Of a stretch of DNA of 64,000 bases, positions 13,652-24,789 are shown in pieces; position 1 is the first letter of the stretch; the number at the start of each line of letters is the position of its first letter. Made by a program: the position numbers and the translations under genes. Source of the DNA: Podarcis bocagei (lineage: Eukaryota); NCBI GenBank assembly GCA_964188305.1, contig OZ076889.1, one strand, 5' to 3'. Under the pieces are notes generated by a model. It worked only from the letters and a program-made list of their open reading frames with translations. It did no database searches and was not told the origin of the DNA.

Positions 13652-13796
13652 CATAAGGTGGACTTTGACCAGACCTCATCCTATGCACTTGAAGGGCTCA
13701 AGCCGGACACACTCTACAAGTTCCAGCTGGCAGCCCGCTCTGAGCTGGGCCTAGGGGTCTATACCCCAGTTTTGGAAGCTCGAACAGCACAGTCCA
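13652..13796 (+). CDS. PTPRF: Exon encoding second half of FN3 repeat 3 (HKVDFDQTSSYALEGLKPDTLYKFQLAARSELGLGVYTPVLEARTAQS)
   Basis: ttctag|CATAAG ... TCCA|gtaagt; 145 nt, phase 0-1. Confidence 0.95.
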
Positions 13797-16023
13797 GTAA
13801 GTGTCTCTGTTTGGTTGAGATTGAGTGAGGGACAAAATCTTATTGCACTTTTGTATGAGAGTTAATGGAGAGGTTGGAACCAGTAGCAAGAGAAATGTGG
13901 AGAGGACAGGCCAGCTGTGGCTCTGATGCAGGGGCCATTTGCCCAGGGTAAGTCTTGTCCCATTGTCCTTCAGTCCATGCTTTCCCCTTTCAACAGGTGG
14001 ACTCACAGATATGCTGGGCAAAGGGAATAGGTGGGAGAAGCTGATGAGATTTATTCCCTGTATCTCTGTGAGTTTACTGGCACATCCTCTTCCCCATGCA
14101 ATTCAGTTGTAGTGGGTGTTTGATATCTGCACCTCGTGCATGCACCTTCCTACTGTGCATGTGCTCATACCCCAGTCAGAGACACCATTGCTCGCCTTTT
14201 CCCTGCCCCTTCCAGACAATCATCTCTGTACAAGAGGAGCGATGCACACATTGCATTACTGCTACACCACAGGCATTTGCAAGCCTGGAAGAATTAACTT
14301 GAGGGGGTGGTGGGATCTTTGCAAGTAGATTGAATGATTAATAGCTTCTTAAGGGGATGTGTGCTGAGTGAGGTGTGTGGTGCATGTGGATGCTTGACTT
14401 TTATGGAGTGGAAGGAGGAAGAAGACTGCTGCGTGGGTTTTGCTCCAAGGCTTTGAAGGCTTGAGGCAAACAGTGAAGTAAGTCAGAAGGCCAGATAAAG
14501 AGGTGACCCAAGCTGGATCACTTTCATTCTCTTCTGAGCCCATGTGCTGGTGGAGTAGGAGACCAATGCACCTTTATTGGCAGCTCAAAGTGCTGCACAT
14601 AAGCAGATTAAAGCTATCAAAGAGCTCTGAGATAAGCTTGTTTTCACTAACGATTTTGGGGCTTGCTTTTATGCAAAAAGCATTAAAGGGGAAAAGTGAG
14701 ACATTTTCATTTGTGCCATCTGTCAAGGATTTAGTGGCTGTGTGGGGCAAGCAATAGAGGAGGCAGCAGCCGCCCTCTCTGTGTGGAGCCAGAGAGTGCC
14801 TGGGATGAATCAGGGTGGGGAAGAACTGCTCCACTTATGATTGGAATGACCTTTCCTCCTTTCATTAGCACACCCATCATAAGAATTCCAACAGTCCTGT
14901 TTAACTTGCTCTTTAGCTAATGGGATCTTAGTGCCAGGACGATTGGACAAACATATATGAAACAATATTCAGAGGGAGGCATCATAAATATTTTACATTG
15001 GGGGACACAAACTGAATGTGGAGACTATTAATTGTTCTGTTAGCAGCTACTCATGGAGCATGTGTATTGATAGGCCATGACTGGGCACTTGCCCAGCCAT
15101 CATACTAACAAGGCATAACAGACAAATATCCAAAGCAAATAGTAATGCAGATATCTCCAACCTGTGACTCATGCATAGCTCTGTGTAGCTGGGCCATGTT
15201 AGGAGTCTGTGCAAAGAATTTAAAGTCCAGCAATTAAAGGAAGGCTAATCCTGATGTTGTGCCATTTTAGCCATTCATGGATTCTAGTCGACAGGTAAAG
15301 GAAGAAACCTCTCTTCACACCTCCCAGGTGAGGGGTGAAGGCATGTAGTGCCAAAGCACATTTCCCTATGAAATGTAACATTTGGAGCATGAATTAAGTG
15401 GCCATGATCACTGGGAAACCTGTTCTAAAGAGCCCATCAGTAGGAATTCTAAAGCTTACCTTTCCTTGAACAATGTCTGAAAACAGCTTTTTTTGCAGAC
15501 CTGATGTGTTGTGAGAAACCTGTAGAATCCAAGTTTCTGCTAATTGATAGAAAAGTTAAGGGGATTGCATGCCTCAAGACCAATTTCTGTTGAACATTTT
15601 TCTCATCTAGTCTTGCTTTTTTGCCATCACAGATTGCATGTGGAGGTGGTGAAGCATCTGAGTTTAACATAGGGCCATATGCTGATTTAGCAAACTACCA
15701 AGCTATATTTCTAAAGTGTTCCCAGTAGCATACTAAATGGTCTCTGGGGACAGAAGCAAGGGAGATCTCTCTGACACAGAAGTCCTGTGATACTGATCCT
15801 CCTCGGCAATGTTTCATACTATAAAAAGATAGGTGCTCTGGTTCCATCCCTGGCTATATCTCCTAGTTCCAGGTGTCTGTGCTTTAGCTTTTATGAGGGA
15901 ATATAACTGCATATACTCCAGGCTAAACTACACAATTACACTAGTCATATTCACCCATGTGTAATGTTAGCCATTAGTCCCTTCCTCATGGAAGAACAGC
16001 TTAGCAGTGGGAAATGGATAGAG

Positions 16024-16034
16024 TAGGAGTAGCC

Positions 16035-16103
<69 letters not shown>

Positions 16104-16420
16104 TTATTATTTATACCCCGCCCATCTGGCTGAGTTTCCCCAGCCACTCTGGGCGGCTCCCAATCAAGTATTAAAAACAATACAGCGTTAAATATTAAAA
16201 ACTTCCCTGAACAGGGCTGCCTTCAGATGTCTTTTAAAGATAGGATAGCTACTTATTTCCTTGACATCTGAAGGGAGGGTGTTCCACAGGGTGGGCGCCA
16301 CTACCAATAATAATAATAATTGGGCCCAAACTCACATCAACCCCAGCCAGCATGACCAATGGTCAGGGATTATCGGAGTTGTAGTCCACAACATAGAGGA
16401 GACCACATTGGTTACCCCTG
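16024..16420. mobile_element. Degraded hAT-like MITE interrupted by the L2 fragment
   Basis: Ends taggagtagccaa / ttggttacccctg form an imperfect TIR; internal ggagttgtagtcc motif is shared with copies near 39.8 kb and 51.7 kb. Confidence 0.5.
16035..16305 (-). mobile_element. 5'-truncated L2-clade LINE 3' end with (ATT)n tail
   Basis: Minus strand reads VVAPTLWNTLPSDVKEISSYPIFKRHLKAALFREVFNI* (L2 ORF2 C-terminus), then stem-loop tggctggggaaactcagcca and a 23-unit tail (16035-16103); ccaataataataataat on both sides. Confidence 0.8.
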
Positions 16421-17036
16421 TGGTATAGGACAACAGTGCTTTACCTTTCAAGTTGTTTTCCCCACTCAACCCCAATGGAGTTCAAGGTTTGTGCTTGCAA
16501 GGTAAACACATTCAGTGAAACAGACAAGATGAAAACGGTAGGGTGGAGTTTGAGGGAAAGGCAGCTAACAAGGGAAGGATTAAGCAACTCAGGCAGGGCA
16601 TGATTTTTGAGAACTTGGGATCCAAGGCTGCACCCTGGCTCAAATGAAAACTTGAAGCCATTTTTTCTGTTTTAGAAGAATAGTTTGCAAAGGCGGATAT
16701 GGGGAATCCTGACCTTAATTGTTGAACAGCCCAAATAAGATGCTCCTCTAATCACACATAGGATCTATTTCCTTTGATACATTATCTCTGGGGAAAATGC
16801 TGCCACTCCTAGCATTTTTCTTGAGGATAATATCATGTTGAGAAGATCAGTCATCTGGTACTAAACATAGAAACATTGAAATTAGGTTACCCAGTGCTCA
16901 TCACACAAGTAGCCATTCTCATAAGCATGATTTAGAGGCACTTACATTTCCAGGGAGGGCCTAACCTGAGAATAGTGAATGGGTTCATTTTGCCTCTGAG
17001 AATATTTGTGTGTGTCATGGTTCAAAATGTGTGGTT

Positions 17037-17040
<4 letters not shown>

Positions 17041-17069
<29 letters not shown>
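17041..17069. repeat. (TG)14 microsatellite
   Basis: Direct reading. Confidence 0.95.
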
Positions 17070-17072
<3 letters not shown>

Positions 17073-17173
17073 CGCACGTGCATATTGGTGTGCATTTCTT
17101 TCTCATGTACTTTTCCCATGTATTTTGCTTGTGTTGCTGTGTTTTATTTTTGTCCTCTGATGTTAAGCTGCAG

Positions 17174-17194
17174 CTTATTATTGGCACTATTCAG
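17174..17194 (+). CDS. PTPRF: Candidate undescribed microexon (21 nt; 27 nt if the AG at 17166-17167 is used) inserting TYYWHYSA at the FN3-FN4 hinge
   Basis: ctgcag|CTTATTATTGGCACTATTCAG|gtgtga; no AG between 17001 and 17165; frame-preserving and stop-free in phase 1; no transcript evidence. Confidence 0.4.
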
Positions 17195-17855
17195 GTGTGA
17201 CTCTTACCCAGCCATCAGTAGATGTGGGAAATCACTATGTCTCATGTGTTGATCCATTTATTATGCTTGCTGATATTTCTTCTGCTTCTAGTTGCTGAGA
17301 GCTTTGTCAAGTGAGGCCTGTTCTCCAAAATCTCCAAATTCATTAGTAAAAGGATTGTTTCCAGTTAATTTAGGCTCTCTTCTTGTCTGCTTCTCATACC
17401 CCATGTATCCTTCTTGGGTTATACCTATATTCACTTTGTCTACTTTCCTGCATTGCCTTGGCTTTCTTTCTTTACTCTCTACCTTTCAGGTCCACCTCAG
17501 CAGTGTTGTTTGTAGTACTTTTTTTACCTCTTTAGGAACCTTCCTCATAGCCTTAGGAGCCTCCAGTTCTGTGCCCTGCTCCCAGGTTTGGAGCAATATG
17601 TCAGATGCAAAGAATCCAATTCTCCAGGATTGCTTGCTTGCCAGTTAGTGTACAGTCAGACTGTCCTCAGAAGATGTATATTCCAATAGCCTTCTTCAAC
17701 TTGAGCATCATCAGGTTATTCAAGGAACAAAACAACACTGTCCTTACTTTTCTTCTTGGTTTCAATAATTTTCATACTTCAGATTCTTCCTTCTTGATTC
17801 CTGCTCTCCTATTCTCATCTGTTACTTATCCTATTGATCTCACATCTGTCTAAGT

Positions 17856-18185
17856 CGGGTCTGCAACCCGCGGCTCCGGAGCCACATGTGGCTCTTTTAC
17901 ACCTTTGCCGCGGTTCCGGGGCGGATACTAGCGAGGGGAGGAGGCGCATTGTGCGCCCCGACACTCCCCACTGTGGCGGGCACTGTACTGGCTGTGACGT
18001 CGCATGGGGGCGGTGTGTGCGTTAGTCACGCACCGTCCCGACGTCACCTTCCCGCCCGCTGTCAGATCGCAGCTCTGGAGATATATTTGTTTTAAATGTC
18101 GCAATGGTTTTGCGGCTCCCAGTTTTAGTCCCCTTCAGAAACGGGTCCAAGTGGCTCTTTTTGTCTTAAAGGTTGCAGACCCCTG
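17856..18185. mobile_element. Non-autonomous hAT DNA transposon (MITE), 330 bp
   Basis: TIRs cgggtctgcaacc / ggttgcagacccctg; perfect 8-bp TSD gtctaagt at 17848-17855 and 18186-18193; CpG-rich interior. Confidence 0.85.
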
Positions 18186-18635
18186 GTCTAAGTCTTGTAC
18201 TTTCTAGTTCTCTCTTCTTTTTAGGCAACCTCTACAGAGGAGGCTAGGGGAGAATTAGCTGTGGGGTCTCACAGCGGGTAATCTTCATGAAAGGGGATGG
18301 GGAGGGAACAGAAGGAAATAATAGATCAAGCTCAATTCAAATTAAAGGCCAGGCGGAATAGCATATCTGCTTGCCAGGTGGAATAATATCACGTCTACTC
18401 CCCCCCCCCACTGCACCCAGTTCTGGGGGTTCATCCAATCCCCCAGAGTAGTTGGTGGGGTGCACAGGTAATGAGAGGGAATAGCCAGACGACTATTCAA
18501 TTGAATCAGGCCTAGTGGGTTTTGTTCTATGTTTATTGAGGCTCTGTTGGCTGGGTAAGAGCTCCCTGTAAATTATGTATTTTGCCCAATCATTTCCCCT
18601 CATCTCCCCACTTGCTTCATTTTATTTATCCCTAG

Positions 18636-18941
18636 CCCCTTCTGCCCCACCCCAAGAGGTCGTGTGTGTAAGCACCAGCTCCACCTCTATCCGGGTAAGT
18701 TGGGTACCACCACCGGCTCAGAGCCGCAATGGAGTCATCACACAGTATTCTATCGCATACCAAGCAGTGGAAGGAGAGGACAACAGCAAGCGTGTGGTTG
18801 AGGGCATTGGACACGAGCATTCAAGCTGGGAGATCAACAGCCTGGAGAAATGGACAGAGTACAAAGTGTGGGTGAGGGCTCACACAGACGTGGGTCCTGG
18901 GCCAGAGAGCATCCCGGTCTGGGTTCGCACTGATGAAGACG
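18636..18941 (+). CDS. PTPRF: Exon encoding FN3 repeat 4 (TPSAPPQEV...RTDED)
   Basis: ccctag|CCCCT ... GACG|gtaggt; 306 nt, phase 1-1. Confidence 0.97.
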
Positions 18942-20544
18942 GTAGGTTCCCGACCCGTGACTGAAGGTAACAAGGGCTCTTTTGGGTCCTGCCAAAGGAA
19001 TAGCATTTGTAGTGCTGTTCTCGGCTCTACAGAAAGGGGGGTCTAAATGTAGTCAATAAGAATGAAGGGGTTAATATGTATGAAATATAATCAAAATGCC
19101 TGCTTCCTACATGAATCTGTTCCTCTTCTCTATCACATGGGCAAAGCAGCTCTCTATCAAGGACATTCTGAAGCAAAAAATGCATTGTTATGGCTAGTCT
19201 GTCAGATATGTCATGCCAGCTTAAATCTCTTCTGTAGAAAGTGCCAGTCCTTGCACTGTCAGAAGGCACTTCCCAGGCTGCATCCTTGCCTCAGAGACCA
19301 GAAAGTGCACAGAGAGGCAAATAGAAAAAAGGAGCCACTCAGTAAACTGAGAGCAGGCATACTTCAGTTGTACCACCCATGCTGTGCTGTTGCTTGCACC
19401 ACTGCAACCCTGTAAAGCCTTGCATAGCAATGTTCATTGCCTACTTCTGAAGCTTGCTTGCACATCTGTATGTCCTGCTGCCTGAATTGTTTGCTTCAGT
19501 TCTCATTTAGCAAAGCCTTAGCCGGAGGGACACTGCTACCCTAGAAATGTCGCAGCAAGCTCTCTGCATAAGTTTGAGGGCCGTACAGTTGGCTCTTCCA
19601 GCTAAGCTCTCTGTCAGGAGTGGTTTTAAAACCTTCTGATGCACTCATTTTTCATAGGTGGTAGCACAAAAAGGGGGTGAGAGTGCTTTTTGAATCTTGA
19701 AATATTACTGGTAGCTAATATACCCTCCTCATAATTGGGGTGACCTCCACTGACCCAACAATTCAGTCCCTTGGCAGCTGCTGTTAGCTTAAGACTCTGC
19801 CCTTTATCGGCAGGTATAGGTAAGTCTCATGATTGCTGTGCCTTGACAGAACCGTCACAAGCACTTTCCCAGCCATGTCTAACTGTTGGAGCAGAAGGGG
19901 GGTGTTGTCCAGTTACTACACTGCAATGTAGTTTGCTTTCCACTCATTTTTCGGATGAGGAATAACCATCAGGGAAAGACACCCCATTTTGCAGTTTATG
20001 GAGAAAGATGGAATGAGGTCCATGATCCCCTTTCTCATTCACCAATTAGGCTTGCCTCCTCCCCCTGCTAATATATGTATCTTTCCCCTCTGTGCTCCTC
20101 TTCAAGTAATTATCTGCAATTAAGAGTGAGATCTGTGGAAACAACCAGTTGCCAGAGGGTGAGCGGCTGCCTTGCCTGCCTGCCGAGTGTCTGCATAGAA
20201 CAGTCCTTACAGGTTCCATCCAGTTCTCTGCCCCCAATTAACCTTGTTCTGCACTAGCAAATGGGACACAGTGTGTTTACAGGGGCTGTGGATTTGCCCT
20301 GCAATAACAGAATTCTGGTCTTATTTTTTTCAAGCAAATTCTGAGTAGCAATAGAGCAAGGGTACTCTCTGGAAGGAACACTGCTCTCGGAAATCATTCT
20401 GTAAGCTGAATGGCCAGCCAAGAATAAGAGTCTCCTAGGACTGCCTTCCTCCCTCATTACCAGCCTCCCACTTTAGGCTATAGAGCAGCTGACCTTAGAG
20501 CAATTTTGATAAATTTAATAAATTTTCATCAGTGGCAGCATTTG

Positions 20545-21370
20545 GACACAGTAAATCATTGATTTCAGTCCAGTTTCAGGCCCAGACTTTACACCAAAAA
20601 GCACCTTAGTCCCCCTGGTTGGTGACATTTGTTGGGAAACAGATGAGGGGAGTGTAATCCTACTTGTTCTCCTTGATCTTTTGGTGGCTTTTGATACCTT
20701 TGACCATGGTATTCTTCTGGAGCAACTCCAGGGTTTGGAGGCACTGTATTACAGTAGTTCCACGTCTACCCTTGGAGCTGTTTCCAAAAAGTAGTTATGT
20801 GGTAGCTATTGCTCTGCATCATGGGAGCTCCTGGAAGGAGCAGGCTGGGAATACTCTTGGATCCAAGATAGTCAATGGAAGCTCAGGTGTCATTAGTGGC
20901 TAGGAAGACCTATTTCCAACTATATCTGGTTTGCCAGCTACAGCCCCTTTTGCACAGAGATTACTTGGCTACTGTACTCTATGCTCTGGTGATTTCCAGA
21001 TTGGATTATTGCAATGCTGGGCTGCCCTTGAAGACTACTTAGAAACTTCAAATGCAGCAGCCAGATGGGGTTCCATTTCGAAACATAATCCCTGTTTTAA
21101 AACACTTGCCAGTTCATTTCCAGGGACAAGGTGCTCATATTAGTGTCTAAGGCCCTAAATGATGGGCCCCAATTACCTAAAAGACTGATTTCCCTACAGA
21201 CCATCTCAGGTGCTAAGATCAGCATGGGGGCCCTCTTGGTAGTTCCACCACTCTCAGAAATTTGGACTTATTAGTGACCTTGGTGAGAGTCTTCTTCGTG
21301 GCTGCCTCTACACTGTGTAATTCCCTTTTCACTAGATTGTGTCTAGCACTTCCATTGTATAGCTCTCATC
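20545..21370 (+). mobile_element. Old, internally deleted L2-clade LINE ORF2 fragment
   Basis: Degenerate FQSxFRP, LLVLLDLxxAFDTxDHGILL (RT) and later SRLDYCNA-like and 3' ORF2 motifs, with stops and frameshifts; boundaries approximate. Confidence 0.7.
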
Positions 21371-21764
21371 ATGGAATCGAATAAATAATTAAAGATCCCC
21401 ATAGCTAGGGGTTGTGGTTTGTTTTTCCATTCACTAATAAGGAGGTATGAAGTGGACGCTCCTGGCATATTCATGGTAAATCATTAACTATGTTCCCATT
21501 GTGCCTGTAATATGTCCACTCATTGATATGTATGTATTGGGTTGTGTGGGTACTAGTAATCTACACAGAGCTTTGCATCTCCTTATGCCACACCTTGAAT
21601 AGCAGGACAGCTTAGTCCAGCAGTACAATGATGGATATTTGCTATTCACTCCACTGTGAATTCTGCTTTGTAATCTGGGGTGATGTGTGCAACAAAATGT
21701 GTGTCTCCTCCACCCCAGAAACAATGCTGTTGTCTCTGATGAAATTTTTTCATGTGCCTTCCAG

Positions 21765-21958
21765 TGCCCAGTGCTCCACCTCGGAAAGTGGAGGTAGAAT
21801 CAGTGAACTCCACAACCATTCGTGTTACCTGGAAGTCACCTATCTCTAACAAGCAGCATGGCCAGATCCGAGGCTACCAAGTCATCTGTGTGAAGCTGGA
21901 GAATAATGAGCCAGTTGGGTTGCCTATCATGAAAGACGTCATGGTAGCAGAGTCCCAG
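21765..21958 (+). CDS. PTPRF: Exon encoding first part of FN3 repeat 5 (VPSAPPRKV...VMVAESQ)
   Basis: ttccag|TGCCC ... TCCCAG|gtatat; 194 nt, phase 1-0. Confidence 0.96.
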
Positions 21959-22949
21959 GTATATCCTGGTATGAGTGGGATGGATGGATGCATGCATGGA
22001 CAGACAGAGAAATAATATATTTTGGAGAAGGGTCTGTATTTGCTTTGTCATGGGCTTTTTCACTTTATATGGTTAGAGAGAAAGAGAGCTATATTATGGC
22101 AAAGAACATGCATTTTCTTTGTTACAGGCTTCCTTACTGTAGTTGAGAGCCTAAAACAAATTTTGGGAGAGAACGATGTGGAAAGGGTTGAGATGGAATG
22201 AACTGGGAGTATCAGGGAGCAGGACAAGGCAGACGTTTCTGGGACTTCTACAGTTGCAGTCTAGGTGTGATCATTTGTGAGCTAGACTGTTTGAATGGCA
22301 CCCAATAGGATTACTGGAGAGCTATGTTGACTAATTAATAAATCTCATTAATACAACACTTGATTCATTTGCATCTTTCTCAGCAGGGAGTAAAGCACAG
22401 CCAACCCCCCAAACACACATACAACCACTACCCACCCCACATACAACCCAAAGCCACCCCAACAAGGAGTGGGGGGGAAATAAAGTGAGACAAAGACCTG
22501 CTAGCTCAAGACTTCACTGCTCAGCTTAGACCATCATGATTCCTACAGACTTTGTCGAATTTTTGTATTTGTGAAGCAGCCCAATGCCTCTTCCAATTTC
22601 CTCAAAGTTGTCCTTTAGGCTGGTGAAATTAATCATCAACTTGCTGCCGTGTTCTTTTGGTCTTTGGGGTTAAAGATTTGGTCCCAAGTAAACTATGCTG
22701 TTAATCTCCTCTAAATGAAATAACTTGATTGCATTTGCTTTTTGAACTGGGGGGGGGGGTCCTCTGTTAGAGAGAAAATGAACCTTCCTGGGCATTAAGA
22801 ACAGATTTCACCACTGTTCTTTTAGAACACTAAGTTTGCAAGTGCATGTTCCATGGTCTCCTGTCCTTCATGGGCATGTCTCTGCATTAGTGTTTCCCCA
22901 TATGGCAGAGATCAGAGGCTAGCTAATGTCCCTTCACATCTGTCCTTTG

Positions 22950-23312
22950 AAAGGTAAAGGTAAAGGTACCCCTGCCCGTACAGGCCAGTCTTGACAGACT
23001 CTAGGGTTGTGCGCTCATCTCACTCTAGAGGCCGGGAGCCAGCGCTGTCCACAGACACTTCCGGGTCACGTGGCCAGCGTGACGAAGCTGCTCTGGCGAG
23101 CCAGAGCCGCACACGGAAACACCATTTACCTTCCCGCTAGTAAGCGGTCCCTATTTATCTACTTGCACCCGAGGGTGCTTTCGAACTGCTAGGTTGGCAG
23201 GTGCTGGGACCGAGCAACGGGAGTGCACCCCGCCGCGGGGATTCGAACCGCCGACCATACAATCGGCAAGTCCTAGGCGCTGAGGTTTTACCCACAGCGC
23301 CACCCGCGTCCC
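22950..23312 (-). mobile_element. Sauria SINE, full length (tRNA-derived head, (ACCTTT)n tail)
   Basis: Minus strand starts gggacgcgggtggcgctgtggg (A box); B box ggttcgaatcc at 23239-23249; tail reads (aaaggt)3 on +; TSD tcctttgaaaggta at 22943-22956 and 23316-23329. Confidence 0.9.
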
Positions 23313-23813
23313 TTCTCCTTTGAAAGGTAGAAATGCATTATAGTAGTCTGCTGCCATATCTTGCTGAGTTCCTAGATTCTTCCTATCCTACTTCCCTTCC
23401 AGGGTAAATTTATATAGAAAGGGGTTCCATAGGTTCAGCTGACCTTGTTGAAGGTGGGAACTGAGGCCCTATGATGGGGAAACATTTCCTTGTGTTCCCC
23501 CCCCCCCCCGGTACCTCTTTTGTTCCCTACCTATGGCTACAGTGCTAAGTGCTTTTATCATGCACATTTTATTGACTCTGATATTCCTCAGCCATGTGAC
23601 TGGGAGCGAGTCCCAACAGAGTTAAGAACCAATTATGTAATATTTCTGAGGCTGGCAGGTTAGACTGCCACCTCATCCCACTCCACCACTGTCTTCCACT
23701 TGGACCTTGGAGACAGAGGCAGGGAATCTTCAGCCCACCTGGGAGGTTTGCTTGCCAGGCTGCTTTGGGCAAAGAATGCCCTTTCCCACTCCTCCCCTTC
23801 CCCCTTCAACTGC

Positions 23814-23849
23814 CCATCCATCCATCCATCCATCCATCCATCCATCCAT
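23814..23849. repeat. (CCAT)9 microsatellite
   Basis: Direct reading. Confidence 0.95.
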
Positions 23850-24789
23850 CATATTAGTTGGGACCAGGAGGGCTGCCTTACCATGTACACACTTTCCTGC
23901 TTCCTGGAATTACCTAACACAAAAGCCAAATAAACCTGCTGTCTCTTAGCTTAGCTACACAGTCTGAGTAACTCATTGCTCAGATGCAGACCAAGTTGGA
24001 TTTGACCATTCCTGCTTCCCTGCTTGCCTCTAGCCCTGGCATTGCTTCATTCTGATTTACTTCCTGATGCCATGCTTCATTTATTTCTTATGTGACCATC
24101 CAGTTTCCGGCTGAGATACTTCACAGTATTTTGTAGAGCTCATGCCTTAGGCCAATCCTGGCTCAGTTCATCCTTGGATTGGATCTGGGCTGTTTTCACA
24201 CCTTGTACTTTGATACTGTGTGGTATCAAATAAGGCATCTAACAGTAGAGTCTCTTCTCAGACTGTCTGATTTGCAGCCACAGGCTTCCCTCCTTATGGA
24301 AATGTTCACACAGCGGCATAGAGACAAAGACTATATAGATGGAACAAATAAACTTGGTCAGTTTATTCAGATGACTATAAGAAAATGAAGCTAATGTCTG
24401 CCATTTCTTGCAATCCCATACATACTTAAGATTATGTATTAAAATTACATATGGGAGCTTTCAGGAAGCAATAATCAGTTCAGAGAACAAAAATGAACAA
24501 GATTTCCTAGCCCTCGTATATGTAGGTAAGGAGAAATATGAATGTGTAGGAAGCATCTGAAATTTACCCATCAGTTAGAAGAGGGTGGATTTGTCTTCCA
24601 GTACTTAGAGTTACTGTTTTGAAGTCAGGTTACACCCTCCTCCCTATTGTGTTTAGCATCTCACAATTAATTTAAACCACAAGAATAATCTAGGTTATCA
24701 AAGCACAATAATTTGGTACAAAATTCAGTTGGGTGTTACTATGTCTTTAGTTTATCTAGCTCCATATTTAGTAGCCACAGGAATACGTA

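Noticed and set aside
13797-21764. Search for a 75-nt LASE-d-like insert near FN4
   Set aside because: No 75-nt frame-preserving exon with convincing splice sites was found by eye.
23215-23312. tRNA-like A/B boxes
   Set aside because: They are the Pol III promoter of the Sauria SINE head, not a tRNA gene.
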